The notes beneath the pieces were generated by a model, which worked only from the letters and a program-made list of their open reading frames with translations, did not search any database and was not told the DNA's origin. This document shows, one piece after another, positions 1 to 9,421 of a stretch of 64,000 bases of DNA (position 1 is its first letter; the number at the start of each line of letters is the position of its first letter). This DNA is from Patescibacteria group bacterium. Lineage in GTDB: Bacteria > Patescibacteriota > Patescibacteriia > SG8-24 > DYFX01. The position numbers were made by a program, and so were the translations under genes. The stretch is taken from the NCBI GenBank assembly GCA_030583805.1, contig CP129476.1, positions 309,453-373,452 of the forward strand, given 5' to 3'.

Positions 1-25
1 GCGCCGGTGCTGCTGAATCTTGCAT
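1..25 (-). CDS. 5' end (first ~8 codons, MQDSAAPA...) of a second acyltransferase-family paralog that runs off the window start
   Basis: Reverse-strand ATG at 23-25 followed by MQDSAAPA. N-terminus and the 16 nt upstream leader nearly match those of the acyltransferase gene starting at 2102. Confidence 0.35.
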
Positions 26-45
26 TTCGGACGAGTGTAGCAAAG
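1..45. repeat. Direct repeat copy A (~45 bp) covering the N-terminal codons and leader of the acyltransferase paralog
   Basis: gcgccGgtgctgCtgaatcTtgcatttcggacg-agtgtagca matches 2078-2122 with 4 mismatches and 1 indel. Confidence 0.7.
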
Positions 46-68
46 AACGTGGTGCTCCGCACCAGCGA

Positions 69-2102
69 TTACTGCAGGACTGCCCCCTTTCTTAGCGCTT
101 TTTCGAGGGCTGGATAGACCAGCATCGCACCATCCTCGCTTAAATGATCCGAATCGAAATAGAGAAACCTCCCGTTTTTAACCAACGGACATCTCCCCTC
201 CAGGCAGTAGACGTCCGTAAAATCAAGCACGGTCACATTCGAGCCGGCATAGCTGTGCAAGAGCGCGGCCATCCACCCCTGCGCCGTCTCATGCTCTTCC
301 GTCGTAAGCGATAAGGCGTTCATTGTGTCATCCGTACGCTCGCTTCTCCTCAGCACATCTACGGGCCGATATTTTTGAAGAGGATTATCGACGACAAGAT
401 ATACATGGACGCCGATCGCACGGTACGCCTCGATCGTCTGCTCCAAGCCTTCTTGCAGCGCGCGAAAGCTCGCCCTGCGCCCTTCGTACATCGTCTCTTC
501 GGCTGACGGCCTGGGTCGCGCGATACGAATCCGATCATCGTTATAGTTCGTCCAGCGCGCGACCAGAAACACATCGCGAATGCCGTGCTCTTTGACATAC
601 TCAAAAATCTGTCGATTGCGCTGGGCATAGGGGTCAGCGTACTGCCATCCCGAATCAGGACACGACAGGCCGAGTAATGGCGGCCTGCTGCTTCCGAAAA
701 CGAAGCTTTGGCCCTTGGCTCGAGCATATGCCGCAAACGCCGGCCGCATACTTTCCGCATGGGAATCTCCGGTGACAAAGGCTGTCAGTGGAGCGTCTTG
801 CGCGCCGAGACGGCAAAACATGGCCGGATCATCAATGGAAACGCAGCCACCCGCACCAAGCTTCACGGAGCGTAGATACGTTTCGAGTTTGCGCGACACG
901 GAACGGAACGCGAAACCGTCCGACCACATCACGGACACGCCAATCACACCGAGCGCCGCGAGCGCGACCAAGAGCGTCCTGGGCGAGATGAGTTTGTCGT
1001 AGCGCACCGGTTTCTCAACGAAGCGGTACGTCAGCCAGGCGAGAATAATCGAGACAGCGACCAATCCGGATTTAAGTACCCACGACGTCTCCACGCCGAC
1101 GACGATGCGCGAGTACGAGAGGAGCGGCCAATGCCAAAGATACAGCGGAAAGCTGATGAGACCGCACCAGACCAACGTTCTCTGCGAAAGAACGCGGCGA
1201 TTGATCCAGGCGTTTGCGCCGGCGGAGATGAGCAACGCCGCGCCGAGCGTGGGCAAAAGCGCCCACCAGCTCGGAAAAAGGTCTTCCTTAATGATCACGG
1301 CGAATCCGAAAGCAAGCAGGAACGCGCCCAGTATCGCGCAGAACTGCTCAAATACTCTGGCTTTCGGCCACCATGGAATATCGCGTCCGCCGCGAATCAG
1401 CCATTTGTCGATCGTTGCGGCGATGGAAGCAAGTATCGCGGACGGACGGTGCGTCGAGCTCGCGAGCACCGCGCCGAGCAAGAGCTCCCAAGCGCGGGTC
1501 TGCGGCGCGTAAAAATCCATCACGGGCTGCGCCTTGGCGACGGCGATATTCCACGCGAACGACGCGAGCACACCGGCGGACAGCACGACGAGAGGGCGCG
1601 CGCGCAACCGGTGCACTCCCCAAAGCAGAAGAGGAAAAACGAGATAGAACTGCTCCTCGATCGCCAGAGACCAGAGATGCAGCAAGACTTTGCGGTCCGA
1701 TTCCACATCGAAATAACCGCTCTCCTCCCAAAGGAGGAAATTCGAACTGAACGTCGCGCCGCCGAGAAGATGCTTGCCCGTATGCAATAACTCTTCCTTG
1801 CTCAAGAAGAGCCAGCCCGCGACGAACGTTGCGATCAGAACGATGATGAGCGACGGAAAAATTCTGCGGACACGACGCGCATAAAATTCAAGAAAGCTGA
1901 AACTCCCTTTTTCGAGGCCGCTCAAGATGATCGAAGCGATCAGGAAACCAGAAATGACGAAAAAAATATCGACGCCCATGAAACCGGCCGGAACCCACTC
2001 AGGAAAGGCGTGGAACGCAACCACGGCCAAGACGGCGAGCCCGCGAAGGCCGTCGATATCGGGGCGGTACGTTGGGCGCGCCAGTGCTGTTGAATCCTGC
2101 AT
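69..2102 (-). CDS. Membrane acyltransferase family 3 (OatA/OafA-like) with C-terminal SGNH hydrolase domain
   Basis: N-terminus MQDSTALARPTYRPDIDGLRGLAVLAVVAFH...GVDIFFVISGFLI is the classic acyl_transf_3 start, followed by multiple TM helices. C-terminal GDSHAES...SGNH-like region. ATG chosen at residue 69 of the track ORF. Confidence 0.85.
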   Translation of the reverse strand: MQDSTALARPTYRPDIDGLRGLAVLAVVAFHAFPEWVPAGFMGVDIFFVISGFLIASIILSGLEKGSFSFLEFYARRVRRIFPSLIIVLIATFVAGWLFLSKEELLHTGKHLLGGATFSSNFLLWEESGYFDVESDRKVLLHLWSLAIEEQFYLVFPLLLWGVHRLRARPLVVLSAGVLASFAWNIAVAKAQPVMDFYAPQTRAWELLLGAVLASSTHRPSAILASIAATIDKWLIRGGRDIPWWPKARVFEQFCAILGAFLLAFGFAVIIKEDLFPSWWALLPTLGAALLISAGANAWINRRVLSQRTLVWCGLISFPLYLWHWPLLSYSRIVVGVETSWVLKSGLVAVSIILAWLTYRFVEKPVRYDKLISPRTLLVALAALGVIGVSVMWSDGFAFRSVSRKLETYLRSVKLGAGGCVSIDDPAMFCRLGAQDAPLTAFVTGDSHAESMRPAFAAYARAKGQSFVFGSSRPPLLGLSCPDSGWQYADPYAQRNRQIFEYVKEHGIRDVFLVARWTNYNDDRIRIARPRPSAEETMYEGRRASFRALQEGLEQTIEAYRAIGVHVYLVVDNPLQKYRPVDVLRRSERTDDTMNALSLTTEEHETAQGWMAALLHSYAGSNVTVLDFTDVYCLEGRCPLVKNGRFLYFDSDHLSEDGAMLVYPALEKALRKGAVLQ

Positions 2103-2122
2103 TTCGGACGGAGTGTAGCAGG
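2078..2122. repeat. Direct repeat copy B (~45 bp), start region of the acyltransferase gene
   Basis: gcgccAgtgctgTtgaatcCtgcatttcggacgGagtgtagca, near-identical to 1-45. Confidence 0.7.
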
Positions 2123-2151
2123 ATCGCGAAGCCGGCAAAAGCGCGGGAAGT

Positions 2152-2490
2152 TCAATCCAACGCCCAAGGACTTTTCTTGGGCGCGTACAGCCAGAAGAGG
2201 TCGTCGCCTTCGACGGCAATCTCGATTTTTTCGAGTTCGGAACCTTCGGGCGCTCCCCCGGCGTCAGGTACGGCCACGCCCGTTTTGCAGTCGAACTGAC
2301 CGCCATGCCAATCGCACTCGAGGACGTCGCCGGTACAGCGAAGTTTGCCGCCCATGTGGGTGCAGAAGTTGACGTAGCCGCGCAGGCCGTCGCCGGTATT
2401 CACGACGATCAGGTCCTTTCCCATCGCGCGATAGCTTTTCGCGCGGCCGGCCGCGATCTCCGAAACTTTTCCGAGCGGAATCTTTTCCAT
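2152..2490 (-). CDS. Rieske [2Fe-2S] domain protein (small ferredoxin-like)
   Basis: CTHMGGKL...CDWHGGQFD gives the CXH...CXXH Rieske cluster ligands. 112 aa. Confidence 0.8.
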   Translation of the reverse strand: MEKIPLGKVSEIAAGRAKSYRAMGKDLIVVNTGDGLRGYVNFCTHMGGKLRCTGDVLECDWHGGQFDCKTGVAVPDAGGAPEGSELEKIEIAVEGDDLFWLYAPKKSPWALD

Positions 2491-2491
2491 C

Positions 2492-4174
2492 CTAGCGGAT
2501 CACGCCTCCCCATTCGACGACGGTGAAGCCGTCGCGCACTGGGGTTTGAATGTCGAAGCCTTGAACCGGGATCGGTTTTTCAAGCGGCAAGAAGTCCATG
2601 AGCACGCGGATGACCGTATCGGGCTTAGGCGAAATTTCAAGCGGTGCGAGCGCGTCCATCGTGCGGTTGCCCATGAAGGTCACGAAGTACCACGGCGAGC
2701 CCGACATGCGCGGCTCCCAGAATTCAATGAAGTCGGCGCGCTCTTGCGTATTCAATCCGAGCGCGGAAAGTTTTTCGACCAGGAAGGCATGCACGTCTTT
2801 CTGCGCCACGACGAAGCCTTGCTTCGGCGTCTCGTACAAGCCGCCGCGTCCCTCCCAGAAAAGATACGGGTACGCTTTGCCGTCCTTCAGGTTCGTGAGC
2901 TCCCCTTTCGGCGTCGCGCGCACGTTCCAACCGCCGTCGTAGGCCGGTTCGGTCACCGTGAACCCGCCTTGCGGGTACAGCTTCACGCTGACGTCGGTCG
3001 TCTCTTCGGGGTAGAGATAGATGACAGGCTTTCCGCATTCAACCGCCGGCAAGAAGGCGGCTTTCTGGAATTTCGCGAGACGGCCGAAGGGATCGCGCCA
3101 GAAAAACAGCGGCTGTGCCTTCACGAAGTCTTCGTAAGACATCTTGTCGTCGCCGCGGCCCATCGCATAGCTGTTCTCGTAGGTATCTTTCAGCAGCGCG
3201 TGATCGGCATTCTTGAGCGCATAGACGCTCTCCCCCTGCGAGGTCTTTCCCACGGCGACGAGATCGCCCTGCGCGACGCCCTGGACGACGGAGAGGAAGT
3301 TGGACGCGCCGCAGCCTCCGACGTCGGTTGCCCAATATTCTTCCGTATTTTTCAGGCCGTCCGCCCAGGTCACGTCGGGAACATGCACGTCTTCGTCATA
3401 GAACGGGACGTCGAGCGCGTAGGCGCGAACGGTTCCGTCCGGAGCAACCGCGTAAAAACCATGTTGCGGACGAGCGACCGCTTCCGTATCCGTGTACATC
3501 GTACCGAGCGTCTCGTGGACGAATGCGATCTTTCTATCTCTCGAGTCGAAAAGAGGCGCGTCTTTCTGCGGATCCTGCTGGCCGAAAAGCGACAGCCGCT
3601 GGATGCGCATGGTCGCTCCATTCTGTTCAATCGTCGTCGGGAAGATAAGTTCCGGAATGACGTTCGTGTCGTCAATCACGAATTTTTCGGCATCAAAACG
3701 GACCGGACCGTACTCGTTCGGCTCCGAATCGATAAACGGAGAATGGTTGGCGAGAAGCACGGGCTTGCCCGACTTCGGGAGCAGCGCGTGATACGTCGTA
3801 TAATCCCCCATGTTCATCGCCGTCACGGTCACGATCACGACCATCGCGCCGGCATACGGCTCCGACACGACCGTGCCCACGCGATGCAGCTTGTCCTGCG
3901 GTGGGAAGTCGGTCATGCGCTGGCGTTCGATCATTTCCTTGTACGCTTCGGAGAAGAGATCGGGGCTCGTCATTTCTTTCGGAGCCGACCACTTCACGGC
4001 CAGCACTGCCGTCGCGCTTTCCGTCGGCGCCGAAGGCTGCTCAACGGGCGTTTGCACCGGCGTTTCTGGCGTCACGACGGCACCATCGGGCTGCCGCACG
4101 AAGGCTGCGTATGCCACCACGATCAACGACGCCGCGCCGACGACGAGCAGGATCCGAAAATAGTGCTTATTCAT
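2492..4174 (-). CDS. Hypothetical membrane-anchored/secreted protein (560 aa)
   Basis: Start reassigned to ATG at 4172-4174 (MNKHYFRILLVVGAASLIVVAYAAF is a signal anchor). The track ORF starts upstream at TTG. Pro/Thr-rich linker, then a large domain with no motif I recognise. Confidence 0.6.
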   Translation of the reverse strand: MNKHYFRILLVVGAASLIVVAYAAFVRQPDGAVVTPETPVQTPVEQPSAPTESATAVLAVKWSAPKEMTSPDLFSEAYKEMIERQRMTDFPPQDKLHRVGTVVSEPYAGAMVVIVTVTAMNMGDYTTYHALLPKSGKPVLLANHSPFIDSEPNEYGPVRFDAEKFVIDDTNVIPELIFPTTIEQNGATMRIQRLSLFGQQDPQKDAPLFDSRDRKIAFVHETLGTMYTDTEAVARPQHGFYAVAPDGTVRAYALDVPFYDEDVHVPDVTWADGLKNTEEYWATDVGGCGASNFLSVVQGVAQGDLVAVGKTSQGESVYALKNADHALLKDTYENSYAMGRGDDKMSYEDFVKAQPLFFWRDPFGRLAKFQKAAFLPAVECGKPVIYLYPEETTDVSVKLYPQGGFTVTEPAYDGGWNVRATPKGELTNLKDGKAYPYLFWEGRGGLYETPKQGFVVAQKDVHAFLVEKLSALGLNTQERADFIEFWEPRMSGSPWYFVTFMGNRTMDALAPLEISPKPDTVIRVLMDFLPLEKPIPVQGFDIQTPVRDGFTVVEWGGVIR

Positions 4175-5984
4175 ACGTCTGTTTGAGTGTAAAAATTCCG
4201 GACGCGATCGCTGCTTTGACGTCTTCGGAGACGTAGGAATCCTCCGCGAGGGTTCGCAGCAACATACCGCGTTTTTCAAAGGACATCAAGGAGGGTTGGA
4301 CGGCCCGAATCTCAATCGGCATGAGGTGAAAGACCGTTTCTTTTTCATCGGCAGCGATGCCGACCGCGAGCCCCTGGCTGGTCTCCGCGCTGAACGATTG
4401 GTCAAAAATGAAATTGCCCAGCGAGTAAAAGATCGCCTTTCCTTTATAGACCTCGATCGGCTGGATGACGTGCGGGTGCGCGCCGAGCACGACGTCGGCG
4501 CCTGCGTCGATGAACGCGTGCGCGATATTTTTCTGCGCTTGCGTGGGAAAGCGCTCGTACTCCACGCCCCAGTGCGGATAGACGACGATGAACGCGCCTT
4601 GCCGCTTCGCATCGACGATCGCTTTCGCGATTTCTTCCATGTCCCGTCCGCCGAACTGGTGGTAGCCGATTTGAACGACCGCGCGGCCCCGCACGTCGGT
4701 CGTCGCCATCACCCCGTCGCGATTCGAAGGGTCGCCGAACGGCACCAGGCCGGCTTGGCGCGTGAGCTCGCGCGCGCCTTCGAGCGCGGAGGTGCCGAAA
4801 TTCAGCGCGTGGTTATTCGCGTAGCCGAGGTGCGTAAACCCCGCGCGTTTCAACGTCGAAAGCAGCCACGGTTCGAACGGAAAGCGCAAATCGTCCGGCG
4901 CGCGCGGTTTTTGCTCTTCCGGCACGTCAATGAACACGCCTTCGGCATTGGCCGTCACGAGATCGCTTCCTTTGAACAGCCTGGGCATGCCGGCAAACAG
5001 GTGATTCGGTTCTTTGCCCTGCAGCAACGCCTCGACACCGCGCGCAAGCATCATGTCGCCGAAGGCGAGCAGCGTGATCGTTGCGTCCTTTTCCTTCTTT
5101 CCGCCTTTGTAGGAACCGACGAGATAACTCGTGACGTCAGGTTGGCCGGGGTGTTCCGTCAGTTCCGCGGAGTTCGATTGCGCGAACAGCGAAAACCGCC
5201 GCGCGCCGACGCTGTCCATGAAACGCATGACGAGACGCAGCCCTTGCCTCGAATCGATATCGACCGCGCGGGCGCCCTCGTCATCCAGCGCCCGCAGAAC
5301 GGCCAAGCTTTTACGGTCGTGGAAGCGCGCGGCCGTATCGGTCAGCTCATGCGTGAAATCGAACGATCCGACGACAAGCACGCGCGACCCGAAAATCTCG
5401 CGCATCTCCCGCACGACGCGCTCGATCTCCGCATCCGTCGCCGTCTCTTTGACGATCAGCGGCACGATGCGCGCATTCGGCATCGATTTCTTGATGAACG
5501 GCACGATGCCGGAAATCCCGTGTTCGCGCGTGAAGGGTTCTTCCTCGATCGCGGCGGCGCCGACTCGCGCCAAACGTTCAACAGCGTCGCAATCGCTTTC
5601 CAGCTGACCGTACGGCGTGCGCCAGGAGGACGGCGTCGTGAGAATCGGCGCTTGACCCGCCATGAAATGATTCGGGCTCACGAGCACGACGGTCTTCGGA
5701 CGTTCCGTCTCGACGGCTTCGAACGCCTCGGCAATCAAGGAAGCCGCCAGGAGGTGATGCGGCACGATCAATCCCTTGATGTTGGCGTCAGATGCGCGCG
5801 GCTCGGCGCTTTGATACGCCTTGTCGAACGTATCCGGCGTGCTGAAGTAGGAATACTGCAGCGACTCGGGACAAACCTTGGCGATCTCGCGCTCTTCGAT
5901 CCTGCGCGTCCAAACGAAAAAAGCGCCAAACAGCGCTGCAACAAAGAGCGTCCCGACGACGATGTTATGAGCGATCCTTCGCAT
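4167..5984 (-). CDS. Fusion protein: N-terminal MEMO1/AmmeMemoRadiSam-B-like domain plus C-terminal CapA/PGA_cap metallophosphoesterase-like domain
   Basis: N-terminal TM anchor. GLIVPHHLLAAS and SFDFTHELT resemble the Memo-family PHAGY/DFSHYG motifs. C-terminal FGDMMLARGV, ANNHALNFG, YPHWGVEY and GAHPHVIQPIEVYKGKAIFYSLGNFIFDQ are the PGA_cap/CapA signatures. Confidence 0.75.
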   Translation of the reverse strand: MRRIAHNIVVGTLFVAALFGAFFVWTRRIEEREIAKVCPESLQYSYFSTPDTFDKAYQSAEPRASDANIKGLIVPHHLLAASLIAEAFEAVETERPKTVVLVSPNHFMAGQAPILTTPSSWRTPYGQLESDCDAVERLARVGAAAIEEEPFTREHGISGIVPFIKKSMPNARIVPLIVKETATDAEIERVVREMREIFGSRVLVVGSFDFTHELTDTAARFHDRKSLAVLRALDDEGARAVDIDSRQGLRLVMRFMDSVGARRFSLFAQSNSAELTEHPGQPDVTSYLVGSYKGGKKEKDATITLLAFGDMMLARGVEALLQGKEPNHLFAGMPRLFKGSDLVTANAEGVFIDVPEEQKPRAPDDLRFPFEPWLLSTLKRAGFTHLGYANNHALNFGTSALEGARELTRQAGLVPFGDPSNRDGVMATTDVRGRAVVQIGYHQFGGRDMEEIAKAIVDAKRQGAFIVVYPHWGVEYERFPTQAQKNIAHAFIDAGADVVLGAHPHVIQPIEVYKGKAIFYSLGNFIFDQSFSAETSQGLAVGIAADEKETVFHLMPIEIRAVQPSLMSFEKRGMLLRTLAEDSYVSEDVKAAIASGIFTLKQTYE

Positions 5985-6690
5985 GCACGTCTTTGGCGTG
6001 TCCGAAGGTGTAGGCGAAACGGTCGTCGCGGATCTGGCTGCGCATCAAAAGATGCAGCTCGGCCAAGAGATATTTGCCGAAAATGGAAAAACGGCCGTCG
6101 CGCTCGAAGCGGCGCACCGACACGCGGATGCGCGTGCCGTGCAGCACGCGGAACGTGCCGATCCTGCGCGCGCGTTCGACATAGTCGTGATCTTCCGCCA
6201 ACTTGATCGATTCGTCGAAACCCTTGATGCGTTCGTGCAGGCGCTTGCGCGCGAAAATGCAAAAGCCGGGAGCGTGCGCCAGCATGAATTGCGTCGCCAT
6301 CATGTGCGCGTTGAAGACGTTGTGGGAAACGTGGTCGATCAACTTTCCGTCCATCGGCTTCACGAGACACGTCGCCGCGTCGAGCTCGCGCCGCGTGAAC
6401 TGTTCCATTTTTCCGGCGAGCCAATCGACGTCGGGCAACACGACGTCGGCATCGAGGAACAAGAGCACGTCGCCCTTCGCCGCTTCGGCGCCGCGATTGC
6501 GTCCCGGTCCCGGCATACCGCCGTCGACGACCCGCGCGCCGAACTGCAGCGCGATCTCGCGCGTCCGGTCGCTTGAGTGCGCGTCCGCAACAACAATCTC
6601 ATACCCGTCAAAGTTCTGGCTTCGAATGGAAGCCAGGAGCCTCGGCAGATACCCTTCCTCGTTGTAGGTCGGAATGATGATGCTTAGCAT
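5965..6690 (-). CDS. Glycosyltransferase family 2
   Basis: MLSIIIPTYNEEGYLPRLLASI...VVADAHSSDRT...LFLDADV are GT2 motifs. ATG at 6688-6690. Overlaps the downstream gene start by 20 nt. Confidence 0.85.
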   Translation of the reverse strand: MLSIIIPTYNEEGYLPRLLASIRSQNFDGYEIVVADAHSSDRTREIALQFGARVVDGGMPGPGRNRGAEAAKGDVLLFLDADVVLPDVDWLAGKMEQFTRRELDAATCLVKPMDGKLIDHVSHNVFNAHMMATQFMLAHAPGFCIFARKRLHERIKGFDESIKLAEDHDYVERARRIGTFRVLHGTRIRVSVRRFERDGRFSIFGKYLLAELHLLMRSQIRDDRFAYTFGHAKDVHAKDRS

Positions 6691-6917
6691 ATGTGGTTTT
6701 TTAGCTCTTTTGAGCCAAAAAACCGTATCAATGGCTATGGTAGCATACTTTGGCACTTAAAGGAAGGGGCGCGGGAAGCACGCGATCTCGACCACTCTCG
6801 CTGACACCACGACATAACAAGGGCGCCGCGCCGCTGACGAAACATCGCTCCTGTGGAAAAGCCGCGTCGTACGAGCCTGCCGCGCGAAACGCCGGAGTCT
6901 GCTATCATAGAGGCACT

Positions 6918-8072
6918 ATGCGCCGCTTCGTTCTTGCTTTCACGCTCAGTCTCACCCTACTCTCCGCCGCTCCCGCCTTTGCCGCCGAAGGCTCCAAGCC
7001 TTTTTTCTCGGAGATCGGTAGGCACTTTCTCACGGGCGCGCGCTTTTACGGCAACACCATCAGCAACCTCTCATGGAAGCTCATGGTGCGTTTGGGGTTC
7101 GACCGGTTTTTTTCGACCACGGGCGAGGGCGGCCTCTGCGACCAGAGCACGCGCTGCGCGGAAGGGCTCGTATGCCTGAACACCTGCAAGGAAGCCTCGT
7201 GCGCCCGCTTTGAAAAGCACTGCGTGATCGGACCGGCGTCGGTGCCGGTCGTCGGTGCATCTTCCATTTGCGGCGCGGAAAACTTGTGCGTCGACGGCAC
7301 GGAATGCCTCCGCGTCTGTCCGGTCGGCGCGACGTGCAGCGCCTCGCATCGCTGCGTCGCGATCCGACGACCGGGGCTCGCCTGCTCGGATGATCTCGAC
7401 TGTAAAGCTTCGTGCGGCGCTCTCTCCGCCCCTGAAATCGGCCCGGGCGCCTACGCAGCGCGCTGCGATCAAGGAAGTTGCGCTTGCGACCCCGTCGAAA
7501 TTACGCCCAACGCTGAACGCATGGCCTGCGGAACATCGACCGTGCTGCTCGGCTGCCCGACAAGCACGTTCCAAGCCTGCGCAAGAGGCGAGAACGGCCA
7601 GCCGTACGCCACCTGCCTCACCTCCCCCGAGTACGGCGGCATGTGTTTTGAAGACGCGGAATGCTCCGCCGCTGCTTGTCCGGAAGGCGCGACGCCGTTC
7701 TGCGACGAAAGCCGCGCCTGCAAATGCCGCGCCACGGAAACGAACGTTATCGCCTGCTCCAACAACGACGAATGCAGCGCGTCGATCTGCGCGCAAAACG
7801 AAATCGCGGCTTGCGTTTCCGGCGCGTGCGCCTGCGCGCCCGCCGGAGTCACCTCGGCCTGCACCACGACCTCCGACTGCTCGACAGAGTGCCCGTCGGG
7901 ATTCGAAGCCGCTTGCGAACAATCGACCTGCGTCTGCCAGCGCACGCAAGAAAACGTCCCCGTCGCCTGCCAAACGGTAGCAGACTGCGGAGCGGTCACG
8001 TGCTTGGGTGACTTTCAAAAAACCTGCCTGGATAACGTCTGCGCCTGCACGCGAACGACTGCGCCCCGCTGA
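6918..8072 (+). CDS. Secreted cysteine-rich repeat protein (hypothetical)
   Basis: Signal peptide MRRFVLAFTLSLTLLSAAPAFAAEG. About 5 tandem ~30-aa modules of the form Cx4-5(D/E)Cx3-4Cx5-9Cx5CxC, each ending in CAC, CKC or CVC. Confidence 0.65.
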   Translation: MRRFVLAFTLSLTLLSAAPAFAAEGSKPFFSEIGRHFLTGARFYGNTISNLSWKLMVRLGFDRFFSTTGEGGLCDQSTRCAEGLVCLNTCKEASCARFEKHCVIGPASVPVVGASSICGAENLCVDGTECLRVCPVGATCSASHRCVAIRRPGLACSDDLDCKASCGALSAPEIGPGAYAARCDQGSCACDPVEITPNAERMACGTSTVLLGCPTSTFQACARGENGQPYATCLTSPEYGGMCFEDAECSAAACPEGATPFCDESRACKCRATETNVIACSNNDECSASICAQNEIAACVSGACACAPAGVTSACTTTSDCSTECPSGFEAACEQSTCVCQRTQENVPVACQTVADCGAVTCLGDFQKTCLDNVCACTRTTAPR

Positions 8073-8110
8073 TTGACGAACGATCCGAAACGCGGTAGCG
8101 TTGGGCGGAT

Positions 8111-9421
8111 ATGAAGTACGGCGAGAAGATCACCTTGCGCGTCGAAGCGTTCGACGAACGCGGCCGCGGCATCGGACCATCCGAAGCCAAAAAAACGGCC
8201 GCGTCTTTTGTCATTCCAGGCGAAACGGTTGAAGGCATCTTCGTCGGACGGAAACAGGGCGTCGCCAAGATGGGAGATATCAACGTCCTGCAGCCGTCCC
8301 CCGACCGCGTGGCGGTCGAGTGCCCGCATGCCGGCGTCTGCGGCGGCTGCGCCTGGCAGCACGTGCGGTACGAGCGGCAGGCCGAGGAGAAGCGCTCCAT
8401 GGTCGCCGAGGCGCTTGCTCCAGTCGGCGTCACCGTTTCGGACTACATCCAAGCCGAAGAGAAATTCCGTCATCGCAACCGGATGGACTTCGTGTTCGGG
8501 CCGCACGGCGAACTCGGACTGAAAGAACCCGGTCGATGGGACAAGCATCTGAACCTCACGACCTGTCTCATGCTTTCCCCCGAAGCAACCGACGTGCTGA
8601 ACACGGTCCGCGCCTGGGTCCTGACCACGTCGCACAAGCCGTGGGACAACCGCAGTCACAAGGGCTTCCTGCGTTACGTCGTGATTCGCGAAGGCAAGTT
8701 TACGAACGAGCGCCTGGTCACGCTCGTGACGGCGGAGGGCGAGCTTGAAAAAAAAGAAGAACTCGTCGCCGCCTTGTCGCCGCTCTGCACTTCGCTCGTG
8801 CACGGCATCAATCCCCTGCTGACCGACCTTTCGATCGCCACGGAACTGCGTCCTCTTAAAGGAGAGGCTTTACTTCGAGAAAAGATCGGCGACATCACGT
8901 ACCGCATCCACCCGAACGCGTTTTTCCAAACCAACAGCCGCATGGCCGGCCGCCTCCTGGAACGCGTACGCGCGCTTGTCCTGGCCGGACCGCATGACCG
9001 CTTGCTCGACCTGTACTGCGGCGGCGGCTTCTTCTCGCTCGCATTGGCCAAAGACGTCACCTCCGCGCTCGGCATCGAACTCGACGCGCAGGCCATCGCG
9101 CAGGCGGAGGCGACAGCCGAGGAAAACGGCGTGCGGAACGTCACGTATCGCGCCGAAGCGGCCGAGCAGCTTTCCTGGGAAACGGAAAAGCCCGACGTCA
9201 TCATCGTCGACCCGCCCAGGAGCGGCTTGCATCCGAAGGTGAAAAAGCTGCTGCTGGAGAAAAAGCCGCCGCGCATCGTCTACGTCTCCTGCAACTACCG
9301 CACGCTCGCCATGGACCTGAAAGACCTGCTCGCGGCCTACCGCGCGGAACCGGCAACCTGCGTCGACCTCTTCCCGCATACGCCGCACATCGAAACAGTG
9401 GTACACTTAACCTTGCTATGA
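8111..9421 (+). CDS. rlmD: 23S rRNA (uracil-C5)-methyltransferase RlmD/RumA family (TRAM + Fe-S + SAM MTase)
   Basis: TRAM-like N-terminus, the CPHAGVCGGCAWQH cluster, LLDLYCGGGFFSLALA (motif I) and DPPRSGL. Confidence 0.85.
   Translation: MKYGEKITLRVEAFDERGRGIGPSEAKKTAASFVIPGETVEGIFVGRKQGVAKMGDINVLQPSPDRVAVECPHAGVCGGCAWQHVRYERQAEEKRSMVAEALAPVGVTVSDYIQAEEKFRHRNRMDFVFGPHGELGLKEPGRWDKHLNLTTCLMLSPEATDVLNTVRAWVLTTSHKPWDNRSHKGFLRYVVIREGKFTNERLVTLVTAEGELEKKEELVAALSPLCTSLVHGINPLLTDLSIATELRPLKGEALLREKIGDITYRIHPNAFFQTNSRMAGRLLERVRALVLAGPHDRLLDLYCGGGFFSLALAKDVTSALGIELDAQAIAQAEATAEENGVRNVTYRAEAAEQLSWETEKPDVIIVDPPRSGLHPKVKKLLLEKKPPRIVYVSCNYRTLAMDLKDLLAAYRAEPATCVDLFPHTPHIETVVHLTLL

Noticed and set aside
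2546-4186. 546-aa plus-strand ORF, and similar long ORFs at 4296-6206 (+), 7071-8018 (-), 34553-35896 (-), 40389-41700 (+), 48578-49597 (+), 56626-57681 (+), 57748-59040 (+), 60215-61618 (+)
   Set aside because: These are Arg/Ala/His-rich low-complexity translations antisense to well-supported genes (secreted protein, CapA fusion, Cys-rich protein, DEAD-box, VirD4-like, dnaJ, P-type ATPase, dus). They are typical shadow ORFs in >60% GC DNA.
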